A stretch of 64,000 nt of DNA, taken from assembly GCA_050575255.1 (NCBI GenBank), contig JBNZDD010013721.1, positions 7,811,671-7,875,670 on the forward strand, written 5' to 3'. The notes under the pieces were generated by a model. It saw only the letters and a list, made by a program, of their open reading frames with translations. It ran no database searches and was not told the origin of the DNA. This document shows, piece by piece, positions 23,906-37,130 of this stretch. The stretch is from Harriotta raleighana (lineage: Eukaryota). The position numbers were made by a program, and so were the translations under genes. How positions within the stretch are numbered: position 1 is the first letter of the stretch; every line of letters begins with the position of its first letter.

Positions 23906-25914
23906 TGAATCAGATCAAATTGAGCTAGGTTGTGTTTTAACATTCATTGCTAGAGGAATGCTCGAAGATGATAAAACAGGCCCATGAGCTTTATTGCACA
24001 ACATCCAGTGTACAGTAATCTCCAGAGATCTATGGACTGCAGTGTCTCTGTGAGTGTCTGTGTGGTAAAATCTTACCACAAACAATATGTATCTCATTGC
24101 AAATGCATAAAGTTGCTACTGTTTAACTAGAGATTATGAGCTTTACTGGTCCTTCACATGGTAAGTAACTAAATCAAGTGTTGCTCTATTATATTTATAT
24201 CTGGGTAAAGTGAACCAAGAGGGTGGAAGAGAAGGTTTTTTTTAATATTTATATAGTAGCCGAAAGTATAATTGACTCATTTTATGATCAGATTGAACAT
24301 ATTAGTCAAAACAATAATTTTAAGTGGGATGTGACATTGCCAGGGATGTTCCATAGAAAAAAAATTGAAACAGGCGTGGAAATAGACGAGCAATTACATT
24401 TTTTTAAAAATCAATGAAGAAACGATTGAGTAAGAAGCCATAAAATGAAACCAGAGAGTTGTGGAGCAGTGAGTGAGAAGGGATTAAAAAAATTAACTCG
24501 CTAGCAAGTGCTATTCAAAGGCAATATATTTATGATATTAATGGTAAAGCCAATTCGCACCTTGGCTCCAATAGGAAATAAAATAGAATAAATGATGTGG
24601 AAATAAGTGGGGGAATGATCTCGGATGCCTAGGACGAAAGTGGATTGTGATGTAAAATGGAATCAGGAGTGTGTTTCACTGATGTAAGAATTCAATCGGA
24701 GCCGGTTAACTCTGAGCCACCTGTTTGCATGTGATTCATTTGAGCCACTTACAAAAAAAACGTTTAACTGATCATCGCATGAGGTGGACTGTGATGAATT
24801 GCATTATCAGGCAGCTGGAAATGATTTGAATTTGATGCCTTTATTGTGTTGAAATCATAAATGTTAGACCTTGAAGATGTTTGGAGCATAGTTTGTTTTC
24901 TGCAAATTATGTTCTTCACGAGATCTGCCTTACGCAATGTTATTGAAGGTGTTTACACGGCATCAATGCATTTAGCTGGAGAGTTAAGTGGATTACAATG
25001 CACCTCTGTCTGTGAAGTGATTTTATGGAAATTATTTTGTTACAGGCAATGTATATCTTTCAATAGTACCTCACAGTACTTTCTGCACAATAGCACAAAT
25101 AACCCATACATTGTTATTGAGCCAATTCATCTTAATTCAACACATGGGCAATTTAGTACCTAATTCAGCTACTTGAAGCAAAGTACTAGCAAGCTGTCCC
25201 TTTAAGATATAAGGTGTATCATGTGCCGTGCAATTTTATGCATCTGTTGTGAGTTTTATCAGCTGGCAAAATACTGTAGAAACTCTAGTCACAGCAACAG
25301 ATGTACTTATTTTTCCAAGTCGTAATATTTTAAGAGCAGGCCATTGTAACAGATTGCAAATCTATTGAAATGAACAGCGTTGGGTGATTTTATTTAACAA
25401 TAAGCCACAGAAAGACGTTAGTTAAGTTTGCTAACAAGAACAATGTGTCAGATCTGATGGGTTGGAAGCCGTGCAGTGAAGCAGTGGGGGGTGACTGTGG
25501 AAGAGATGGTGTGTCCATTCATTTCTCGGAGGTACCACAAGGAGAGAGGTGTATGGATTGGTCATTATCCTTGTTTGTTGGTTTAAATGAAAATGAGCAG
25601 TTTAATTTACACTAACCTGCAGAAGCAAAATCTACCACTGCGACGTCTATAGTTTTCTAATTTGAAATTCTTCTTTGGTTTCGGGAAGCCAAACAATGGG
25701 GGTTTTCAGCTGATCTCTGTACCTTCAGCTGATGCCAACATTCAGATTGTTTTTTGGTTGTTGTAGCCAGGAGTTTATTGGTTGGTTGCATGTTTGCCAA
25801 GAATATAGTTAACATAGTCACAAAAAGAAAGCAAGGATTATTAATAACCGAGATCCTGTCAAGCTGCTCGGATGTGGAACGATCCTGTGGCACGTTTGGA
25901 AGTGAGACCGTAAT

Positions 25915-26235
25915 AAAATTGGTCATTCACTTCATGGATATTTGTAGGACATTGCTGTATGTAAATTGGCAGCCAAATGTAGGTATTCCCCTACAAAATA
26001 CTGTCAATTCAGTTCATAGTATATCTTGTGAAACGCTTTAAGAGCTCCTTCTGACCCAATCTGAAAGGCGCTACGTTAAATGCAAGGATGATTATTATTC
26101 CAAACATTTCTGCGGTTTTACTGTTTTTTTATTATTTATTGTGGTTTATTATTTGTTATATTATTATCCCCGGAAAAGCGATCCGCTAATCGACTAACAA
26201 CTGGGTTCCTACTTACAGCTAGATAAACAGAGTTT
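25915..26235. mobile_element. SINE 3' half (+, 25915-26100) and long-form SINE core fragment (-, 26160-26235)
   Basis: aaattggtcattcac...gaaaggcgctacgttaaatgcaaggatgattatt, and atcgactaacaactgggttcctacttacagctagataaacagag. Confidence 0.7.
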
Positions 26236-28765
26236 TAAAAAAATGTATATTTTTAATGTATTTTAATGATTTGGTGCACACAAAAAACCTAGTTAGTAGG
26301 CCTCGGAGAGTTAATCAAGCCCATCACTGTTTTTTTTCGTAACTAATGTCGATAAACCGAATTTTTTTTAATCAAAAGTAGTGAGTTTAGGTGTCCTGGT
26401 GATTTTCCTGAGACAATTTGAGTTTTTTGCATTGCAAAGAACCTTTGAGAGTCAATTTAAGTGGCTTTAAGTAAGATATAATCAGCAAAGAGTGTGAAAT
26501 AAAGTCTTTGTCTCATCACATTAATGCCAGCACTTAAAGTGGCAGTTTATCAAGAGATACCGCACAAGGTTTTAATGAGCATGCTGCCTGTTCATGTACA
26601 GCACTAATTAATCCCATTTTTTTCTCCAAGACGTGATTACTTCTTGAAAACCCCCATTGTTTTCTGCTCAGTGGTGAAGCACCTCACACAATTTTAATCT
26701 TCTGGCTGAGCTGGATTCTGACAACTGAATTATATCTTACTGAAAATAATTGCAGGTATCAGCTAATAAATCTAGCACATCGCAAATAAATACACTTAAC
26801 CAAGCACTGCCAAAAGAAGGTTTGATATTTGGATAAAGCAATATTTCATTAGGCATATCTGCGAGAAGGCGCCGTTTGTCAAACGATATAAAAACATAAT
26901 TAATGCTAACTCACCAGGCTTTCTCCCCCACACACACAATGGCTTCTAAGTAGCACCATATATAAAAGGCTACCTTTTCTGTTTTAATGATAGGAAAAGC
27001 CAACATAAGATTTGAGTTAAGATACATGTATTATACAAAACAGAGCTGCCTGCAGCCTGTAGCTATTTTCCCAGTCAGCTATCTCCTCCTAAGCTTTTGA
27101 TCTCTGTGTCTTCCAGATTTCCCTCTGTTTTCACTCCACTCACCTCAGTACGTGATATTTTACATCAGAAAGTCTCTGTGTTACCATTAACAGTGCAACC
27201 ATATTACCTTGGCATTACTTGGTAATTACCAGTCTGCTGGCCAACAAGCTCACCAAGTAAAATCGGTCACTCACTACAGGGCTATACTTGTCGATGTTAT
27301 AGGCAAATTCACTGCCACAGTCGCCCGTTAAATACACAAGACCAGCATCCAGATGACTAGAAATAGGCAATAGTGTCAGTTGACCCCAGTTTGTGGCCAC
27401 AAAGCTAAGTACAATAACTTTGAAGCTAAATAATGCAACAAATGTGCCCTTCACTCAGGATAACATCAGAGATTTGAGTGAATAAAGTCTCAAATGTGTC
27501 ACCATTTTTCTCTCTAGGTTTGTTCAACTTTCATTGACACTTCAAGAAAACTTTGGGAATTTTCTTTTGAAATCAATTTGTATCCCTCTGAGTAGAATAG
27601 TCATGATATGAAAGGCATCTGCTTGTGGTCGTATATTGCGTATGCGCTTTGAAGTAATAGCTTACTCCTTCAACAAGCATCCCAATCTTTCATTTCATCA
27701 ATTTGTATGATGTGTGTCTTGTATACATCTGTATGGCTCCTCATATAGATTTTTTTAATGTTACGGTATGAAGTTAACTGGTTTAACATATTTTGTTTTA
27801 CATGAGTAGACAGTGGAAAGGAATATTACAGCTGTAGCATTCATTCTTAACTGCTTGACTGCTGTTGCTTTTGTAGCTATAAACATGCAGCCTCAGATTG
27901 ATCAAAAGCAATGGGTGGGAGTCTGCCTCCTAGACCTGGAAGAGTAATGATACAGAAACTGTTTATCCATTGAATGTGTGTCGTCATGATACATTAGCAA
28001 ACAAATTCCCCAATTCATTAATATCCCTTTTGCTAACACAAAAGGATTCAAATCAAGGGAACCCTTATTCAAAAGCACCTGGCATCTGGGTTCCAAATAT
28101 GCCATTCACTGCGTTGTTGATGGGAAACTGATTCTTTGATTCTGAGCACATCAATGCTGGTTAGATCAATCCTCAGTTTGTTTTCTATATATATATGTAT
28201 GCTCGCAAGATTTTTCTACAACCCTCTGCTTTCAGTTTGTTTTTGCACCGTTCATAGTCAGAAAAATAGACAGGCAATGTGTTGTTCCGTTTTGTGCCTC
28301 TCTAAAATGGCTTCTGAAAGATGTGCAGTGGATGTGGGATGTGGTGCATTGTTTGGGAGAATTTCTAAAGCTGCCATTTAGCTTCAGATTATTCACGAAC
28401 TGATTCAAATGGAATCAAACCTCAAGACGCCTAAGGCTACTAGTGCCTGGATTCCACTTTGTTTACTTTGCAGGGTGCAATCCAGTGCACTGCATTACAT
28501 TACTCGGAAACAACTCTATATGCAAAGTTAAGGCAGTAGCTGCTAATAACTACAGTGGGCAAAATAATAAAGAATCTAGGCTATTTTAACCCATAATGCT
28601 TTTACGCTCGGTTCCCAAATCGAAGAACGGTGTGTGTGGTGCATGAAATATCTTTCACTCGTTCTAAGCTTTGTTACTTTCTCAAAGCTGAATTCCACAC
28701 AAGTTGACTGGCGTCTGACTGCCCATGAAATACTAACATTTGGAATTATTTACTTAGTGTCTACA

Positions 28766-29970
28766 TTAAGAACATAACAAAACATGGACTGAGGAAAAGG
28801 CTCGGGCCCCAGCAAATCTGTGCCTTCCACAAATCATTGCAAGATTTTCCTCTTTGACCGAGCTTCCAGTCACCTTATCACTTCCCCAACCCCATCTCCC
28901 CCCACCTCCGTGACTCCCATCTCTAGGTCAGGTTCCCATCTAGCAATGTTGAAGCACTTTGAGACATCTCCCAATGTGAAAACTTATATATAAATAATAT
29001 ATATAAATAGGTATATTGTTATATTTATAGAAATCAATAGTATTGCATTGTATTACACTTTATTTCCTAGGATAATATTCTCTTCTAATACTTGGTAATC
29101 TGGGACATTCTCCCGATGCAAAAGGCGCTATACAAATGGAATTTTATTGTTGTAATCTCTAGACCGATATATCCATCTTCATATGTCCATTATTGAAACT
29201 TAGCTTTTATCCCCAAGACACAGCCCTTCTTCCCACTCATAGTTCCCAAGAACACAGAAACCAAATGTGACCCAACATTTAGTCATCCCAATCTGATTTA
29301 TCCTTATACTGTAAATCATTAATACTGTTCCCAAGCAGAAAGATTTTGTTTTTGTTTTTGAAGGAGTTAATTGCCATAGCGTCAGACTTTTTGTTGGGAA
29401 TCTGTTCCCCATGTCCACTTCTCCATTGGGAAATCAATTTCTCTAATCTCAATTCCCACTTGATGCTTTTACATTTCAGTGTCTTCCTGTAGTCTAAATC
29501 TGCCTGCATTGAGATCATTCACTCCTTTCATCATTTTGAAGACTTAGATCACATTCCCTCTCAATCTTCTGTTTCCCACTAAAAAGAAAATCAACACTGT
29601 GAGACTCTCCTCGTAACTAAAAGCTCAAACATTTTTTTTTTCTTGTTGCTCTTTATGGGCCTTTTGCAATGTGACGATGACCTCTTGCCCAATATCACAC
29701 ACTTTTTTTTTCCCGTCTCAGCTTTGATCTAGAGACGATTAGGGTCTAACATACTTAACATGCAATGTACTGTTTGATAAATTATCTCTGATACAAGATT
29801 CCCATTGACCAAAGTTTTAGTGAATGATCAATAATCACACCTTCTCCATCTCTGCTAATGGATAGCCCTTAATTATATTCACAATGCAAAGTATTTCTGT
29901 TCAAAAATGCATTGGCCTTGCATTTGTTTCTATTGCAATCTATTTGTCATTCCTTGGCCCATCTTCTTAA
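28766..29970 (-). mobile_element. Old CR1 3' region interrupted by SINE/L2 tail fragments (28950-29153)
   Basis: taagaacataac tail. cctttcatcattttgaagacttagatcacattccctctcaatctt is the reverse complement of an RLRGxxIxVFKMMKG-like motif. ctctcctcgtaact gives YEERL-like. Confidence 0.6.
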
Positions 29971-30565
29971 TTGGGTCAGAATCATCTTAAATACAGCAGT
30001 ATTTATCTTCGTTATAATGTATTGTTGACATGCATGCTTAGTGCTGGACATATCAAGAACATTGGTACTTTAATCAAAGCCCTATTGATGGAGAAAATCT
30101 GAGAAATGCCCTTTATTGCATAACTCATACATGAAACCTCGAAATGTACATTGAAGCCAAGTGGAAAAATGGTTTCCATTCTTAAGATCGTGTCTGTGCT
30201 CCATCTGAATCATTTAATTGCATTTTTTTTTTAAAATTGTCATTTCTGTTTCATCTACAAATAGCAATGGGGAGGTGAGATGGTGAGTAGAGGGGAATCA
30301 GAATGACAATCTTTACTGTGGTGTGTGATGTCCATTTCANGCCTCGAAATGTACATTGAAGCCAAGTGGAAAAATGGTTCCCGTTCTTAAGATCGTGTCT
30401 GTGCTCCACCTGAATCATTTAATTGCTTTTTAAAAAAAAAAAATTGTCATTTCTGTTTCATCTACAAACAGCAATGGGGAGGTGAGATGGTGAGTGGAGG
30501 GGAATCAGAATGACAATCTTTACTGTGGTGTGTGATGTCCATTTCAAACTAAGATAAATGCTTGA

Positions 30566-30660
30566 TATAATAATAATAATAATCCTTGCTGTTGATATAG
30601 CGTCTTATTCAACATGTCCCAAAGTGCTTCACAAGAATATACTGTAAAGTGAATTGAATG
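30566..30660 (-). mobile_element. SINE/L2-type 3' tail joined to a body not seen elsewhere in the window
   Basis: (aat)n ccttgctgttgatatagcg...cccaaagtgcttcacaagaatatactgtaaagtgaattga. Confidence 0.75.
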
Positions 30661-33336
30661 AAAATCTTTGGACTGGATGGAAGAGGAGTGTGGGAGAAGG
30701 AGCGAGTGGATATGGATGGCCTTGAACCATTCTTTAGTTTGATGTTGAAAACACGATTGTTCGAAGTCGAGCTCCCCATTGGTTGTCACCAGTCTTGCAC
30801 TCGTTCTTCCATTCATTTCATTCCTGGCATTGGTAAAATTCTGTGAGTGGAGGTCCTGATATAATAAACATTTTATCTTAGTTGAGTTTCATTGTATTGA
30901 AATTTCTTCGAGTGGAAGATCAAACTCCGAAAGCAGACAGTTTGTTTATTACTGCTGTTGACCTCCCCTCTTCACCTCTGATTCCTGTCAATATTGGAGC
31001 TGGAAACAGTGGGGCTCAGAAGGTTAGATCATTACCAGCTGTAAACAACCTGCAGTGGTGCAGAATTCAGCCATCACCGGGAAAAGTAATTAACTGGAAA
31101 TGAACGGATTTCACAAGTGAGATATTTTAATGTCAAAGCTATTTTTTACTTGTATAAAAAAAATGGTCAAAAGTAATTATTGACACTGCAGCTCACGGCT
31201 GATTTGCAGTGTTTCTTCTCTCTGTGATGGAAATTCCTGTAGTGTACAGAACTCTGGTTAATGGAGATAAATATGCTTGTCCATTTACTTGCAGAAAGTG
31301 AGGAGACTCCGGATTAATAACGGAATCTTAACGGGTTTGCAATCAGATTTAAGGCTTTTATATCAGATTCAAGGTAAGCAACTTAAAACCACCGCAGCCA
31401 TTTCAAGATTTTATGGCCAATTAATTATGCTTGGTGAGAAATTATTCAGGCTGGGGTGAAGAACCTTATGAACTCTGATTCTTATTTCCTTCTTATTTCT
31501 CTGTCCTTGTCAGGATTGTACATGCACAATTCCCTGCTGAAATAAAAAAAAAGGTTTCTGAATCTACATCTATGAAGGAACAAAATACCTGGGTGATTAA
31601 TGGAGACAGACTTAAAATACTGTATGACCTGCCTGCGTCAAGCTAGTCAATTTCTGCTGACATCAGCAGGAAGGTTTGGAGGTTACAATTTACACACGAT
31701 TCCTGTTACTGCTTGCTACAAAATGTTATTCAGTTACGCAGCCTTCGCAGCCAAATGCAGAAGTCAAAATATGCTCATTCTCTTGAATTCTTATTGAACT
31801 GCAATTGAAGTGCTTCTGATGTATACATCAACGTAATGCCGTTTGCTGGATGTTAAAATAATCAAAGTAATTCAGCATGTTATACAAAAAAAATTCTTGC
31901 AATTCGAGCTATAAGATATAATGAATATGATACGAGGACCAAAAGACCAATGTAACTGCAACAGAAAAAAGTCTCGGCACTTTGCTGGTCTATAGTATTT
32001 ATTGAAGTAGAATTAAAGACTACAGTTCTAAATTCATCTTACCTGAAGAAAGATCCCTCCAGACTCCAATTTTAGAGTAATTCAGCCTCTTGCCAAAGAA
32101 CCTGCAAAGGTTTATTAGATGAACATCACAAAAGGATACCACAAAAGGATACTATTTTGCAGTCATTGAATAGCCTTGATAAAATTGCACCGTAATGGTC
32201 AATTCTAGCGTATTTTAAGCCACACATCTTTTCCAACCTCATTTCCAGCTCAGGCTTATGTTTCCAGCTTTGCTCTGTTCATAATCGCTTCGTTGTAAAA
32301 GTGCGCCTGCTTACAGAAAGAGTAAGAGAGGACAAACGGTTTCCTCCTTGTCTTCAGGATGTGCAGTGCCTTTTGGCCACATTCTTGGGAGGAAGGTGGG
32401 AGGGTGAGAAAGGACACAGCGAAAACTCTTAGCCCGCATTTTTCTTGAACTTCAAAATGCCAGAAGCAAGCGCCTCTTTCCTGGGTCACTTGACCTACGT
32501 TCGAATGCTATTTTTGGGTGGAAAACACATGCGGAAACCATAAATGTATTCATAGATTGTGCAGCATATTCATTAAAGTCTGATTATCACATTCATCACA
32601 TCTCTGTACAAATTGGTAGGTCAATAGTAGAACTTTTGAGACTGAACACATTACTGCAATGAGTAACAAAAATCCTTGCATGTCAGGAGGGCATTTCAAA
32701 GTGCTTCACAAAATATACTGTAAAGTGCAGTGACTGTGTACAGTATTTTGTAGGCAAACACAAGGAAAATCAGGTACAAAGGGAAAATTGAGGCTTAAAT
32801 AGTGTTTTACATTTACTGCCATATTTGTGTATCACCACATTGCGACTTTTCTTGGTCTCTCCCTCAACAGGATTTCACTGTAAAATGATTAAATTCCAAT
32901 TTCATTACAGAGAAACTGCCTCTGGCATTATTGCCTTCAATTCTGTATTACCTTTGCAGTGTTTTGAGCAGTATTTTTTTTTTTAAAAACATGAGCCAAT
33001 AATACAACATATCTGTATTCTGATGCGAGATCCCTGAAATATAAATAGAAAATCAGTGTAAAGTCACATTATTCCCTGATTAAACTTGGGATTTTGCAAT
33101 CTTTATCTTACCTATAGGATATACTTATCCTTGCATTTGGTGAAGCGCCTAATCACGTCACTGAAATAACTCGAAGGATTTTGCTGTGAAGTATGGTGAC
33201 TGCAGAATAAAAGTTATGTGCTTTTTCTTCAACGAATCTTCACCCATCCAGTATCTGCATTTCAAAAGAAGCTGTAAAGACATATTTGAAGCAAACTTTT
33301 TGTGCTATGGTTCCACACCTTAAATCTTAAATCTTT

Positions 33337-33722
33337 CAGCGCCTTAGGACATCCTCCCAATGGGAAAGGCACTATACAAATGTAATTTTGTTGTTATTGA
33401 CCCTGAAATCACAGTTTATCCTTCCACTCCATGCAATGCAGAGTAAGTGCTTCACTGTCCGAGGCACTGTCCTTTGGGTGAGATCCAGTCTGCCTGTTTA
33501 AGTGGATGTTAAAGATCCCATCGCCCAAATCAAAAAAGGGAAGGGAATTTTTCATGGTGACCTAGCCAGAGAAAGCAAAATGGTCATTCCGTTTGTGGTG
33601 ATATCGCTGTAGGCAAATTGGCTGCTGCATTCACCTACAGATACACACTTTACACTGCACTTTTCCCAAACTTTGAAGTGCTTTTGAGATGTTTTGACGC
33701 GATAAGGCACTACATTAAATAC
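33337..33722 (+). mobile_element. Short L2-type tail (33337-33399) followed by a Deu-domain SINE (33440-33722)
   Basis: cagcgccttaggacatcctccc...aaaggcactatacaaatg(ttg)n. Deu core cactgtccgaggcactgtcctttgggtgaga...gtggatgttaaagatcccat. Confidence 0.75.
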
Positions 33723-35413
33723 TCTAAATCTGTGTCCCATTTGATCATGAGCCTGGGTTCCGGACTTGAATAAGCTGTTCCCCAACCTGCCCTCTGTGAT
33801 TTGGGGCCAGAAATTGTTTTGTGGTCCTCAAAGGCTGATTAATGTACAATGCCATATTTACTTCAAGGGTAATCTTTCACGCAAGTGCTGATAAAGAGCC
33901 CTTTGGAACTGACAATTCTAAACATTGCAGATAACTATTACAAGCCAAAGCATTACAAGATGGCTTGACGTTTTGAATCTGTTCAGCTCTATATTCAAAT
34001 TTCATTATTTTTATTACACCTATACATTTTTCTATGATTCCTTGCAGTATCTTGCACATGACAAAAAGCTAATTTTACCGTTTTGTGCCCTTGACTTAAT
34101 TTGCTCCTGCTAATGTAATGCATCTTTTATCTTCTAATCTTTTCGCCCATCTGCATTGTACCTTTCGCAGTCAAAAACAGTAAATCGTCAGCGGAGAGAG
34201 GGAAAAAAAAATTCAACACAGAAAATAACTATTTCATTAAATGTGCATTAAATACATGTTTTTGTTCTCGGCATGAGAATTATGGAATTGTCAATGAATC
34301 GCAGCCAGTAAATGTGCTTAAGAGGAAGTTGAATATAAAGTGCGCTAATCTGGGGGATATATTTGCTATGTGCTTGAAAGACCTGAATTTTATCGAGTGT
34401 GTTAGATTTCACTCTTGTCTCTATCCAGCCATGACTGTCTTTCTTCCTTACTGACAGCCACTGCAAGACCAAATTGACAGGTCCTTAAAGCTGGCTGACG
34501 AAAACCAGCATTAATTAAGTCATTGCCGGACTGTAATTTTGTTAAGAAGTAAAAATCTAATATGAGAAAAGGTTACCGAGTCCTTTCCTGTGTCAGAATT
34601 TCTACACAGCATGAATATTAATGCACCTAATGAAGACAGTCTTTGCTTCATCAAACATCGTTCCACATACAGGTGCCAGCAGCCAAGTCCATTGATTTGT
34701 TACAAAGACAAATATGCCGAGAGAGAGTGACTGTCCTGCTCCTATCTGAAATTTCCAACCTACTTTTTTGTTTAGTAATAGACTTTTTTTTATATATATA
34801 TAGATTTTTTTTTCCTAGGCACATTAAATTTGCAGATGTTCTCAACAAGAAAGGAAATCAGTTCAACCAATCTACTTGATCATTTGAGTCCCTATATCTG
34901 GTCGTGAATTTCATACCATGTGTGGCCTCCAAAGCTACTGATAGAGAAAGACAATTAAGTGATAAACTTAAGAAATCCCTGTGTTTACGAGACATCACAC
35001 AGTTTCCGTGCACTGAATAAATGCACTAGGCCATAGGCTCACAACAGCTTTTGGTTGAGAGTATGGTGGGGCTGATTTTTGTGGTGGTTGTAGAAAATAG
35101 CCAATGTTTTTTAAAAATTGCTGAAGAAAGACACTACAGACTTGTACGAGAAAGGTTGTCTCCCTGATTAGAATTATGTGTGATTATTGTGTCGACTGTT
35201 GCTTTCTAGATGTGATCGACCCATCTATCACTTCAGAAAATCATTACAACTGGAAACTTTTTTTTTGCAGCAAATGTGAATTTAATGCCTTTCACTCCAT
35301 GATTGTTTTGTTCTATCTCTCTCTCCCTCATGGTATAAGATTCACTTGCATCCTTTCCAATACTATTTTGCAGGAAAGCAATGCCCTGTATTTAGCATTT
35401 TTTTTAAAAAAAC

Positions 35414-35763
35414 CTTAAGCAAGTTTCCTTACTCCACACAAACACTATCTAGCAATAACTAGTAATAGGTTTATCAGACGATATATAGAAATAATATTTA
35501 TCTAACAATAAATCGGATCCCGGTTGTTCGTCGATTGGCAGATCGCTTTCCAGGGGTAAAAATCCCTCCAAAAAGATAATAATAATATGGCCACCCAATT
35601 CACGACTGTTTGTGGGACACTTCCCTGCCCAAATGTCTGCTGCGTTTTGCCCACGAAATACACAGTCACTATTCTTTACAGTATATTATATGAAGCCTTT
35701 TGAGATGTATTTAAGATGTGATAAAGCGCTATATCAAATGCAAGGATTATTATAATTATTATT
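35414..35763 (+). mobile_element. Long-form SINE, 5'-truncated
   Basis: gcaagtttccttactccacac...cccggttgttcgtcgattggcagatcgctttcc...gataaagcgctatatcaaatgcaaggattatt. Confidence 0.8.
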
Positions 35764-36409
35764 GGAAATAATCGGAACTGTGAAGTGAAAACTACCACAC
35801 GAAAAAAGACGGGTGATGGAAATGCACTGATGTACTGTACTGTGATATAGCCTAATAGTACTGTGCACGTTGTATCAAAGGGAAGGAATTTTGCCAATTG
35901 TGCTATCCAAGTGACCAGTAGGAGATGTGTAGGGCTGGATATGGGGTTGTATCTCACATTTGAGTTTGTCTTCATTCCCTTTTGTAGGGAGAAATTCTAC
36001 TTGTTTCACAACGTACTTTATTTATGTTACCATTTTGTGTCCAGAATTTGGACTTGAAACAATTTGCAGAAAAACAGCTTCAAAATGAAGACTATTTAAC
36101 AATGTGGTGCCAAATGTGGTGAAATGTGGCGAAAATCCCAGTGGACATCTTTCGAGCAGAATCCATGGTCACTGTGTGACAATTGTTCCCGATCTAACAT
36201 TTTAATCTCTGCATCTTTATTTACTTGTCTCTGTCCTCCCTTACATAGTTTCTGAAAGTAAAACTGGACCCACGCTTGACATTGCTCAGTTGACACAACC
36301 TCTAAAATGCTCCAACGATTTGCACATTCATAGTTATCCTGTTAATGCTACAAAGATGAACACAAACGCGATCCTTCAATTGTCGAATCCTAATGTGTTC
36401 TATTTCACA

Positions 36410-36710
36410 AACATCAGGCAGCTGGTGCTCCATCGGGCACCTCATATTTCATGTATCCATCAGTCCCTCACAGCAGAGACAGTTCCTTCAAAGCCCCTTC
36501 ATCTCTTGCTTTCCTCTTTGACCATGGGCTTGGAAACAGTCAATTGCTCTCGTAGCTTCTCTCCCTGCTTTTGAAAAGCTCCTGAAGGCCTATCTCTTTG
36601 CTCGTGCCCTCGGTCACATCTAAATTCCTTCCACTTCTTTTTTCAGGATGCCCTACTCCTATTGTTAACTGCTTGAACATCTTCTTTTGTGTGAAAAGTG
36701 ATCCAAGTTC
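36410..36710 (+). mobile_element. Old L2 3' end
   Basis: ttctctccctgcttttgaaaagctcctgaaggcctatctcttt encodes SLPAFEKLLKAYLF (L2 C-terminal FK.LLKT.LF motif), followed by 3'UTR. Confidence 0.6.
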
Positions 36711-36889
36711 TTATTAACCAGTCTTTATATGAGTGTCACTTCTTCTTGATAAAATGCTTCATATAGAATGAGGTTCTGTTATCTGTCCCCTATGTCAGAC
36801 AGATTTCTTAAATAATTCTTTCATTATCTAGCTAGAAACCAGATAGATGTGTGTTTCAGAAATCTCTCTGAAAGAATACAATAAGGCAG

Positions 36890-37130
36890 CAGAACAAGAG
36901 GACATGGATTCAGATTTTAAAGGGCAATTTCAGGACAACATGGGAAAGGATTTTCTTTTTCCTCAGGATGTAAATTATTACCAAGACAGACGGTTGAGGC
37001 CAGGGTACTAGATTGTTTAAAAAACACTTGAAGCTGTTATAGGAAGTTGGTCTTATCGATATTCAGGAAAGATGAGATGAAATGGGCCAAAAGGACTTCT
37101 ACATCTGAATCTCTCTTGTGATCTTGTGAT
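36890..37130 (+). mobile_element. CR1 3' end
   Basis: acaagaggacatggattc (TRGHGF), 3'UTR gaaagatgagatgaaatgggccaaaagg, (tcttgtga)2 tail. Same family at 54865-55002 and 22522-22590. Confidence 0.65.

Noticed and set aside
32483-32496. gggtca-ct-tgacct inverted half-sites
   Set aside because: The 2-nt spacer is neither the ERE (IR3) nor the FXRE (IR1) arrangement, and this is an isolated motif.
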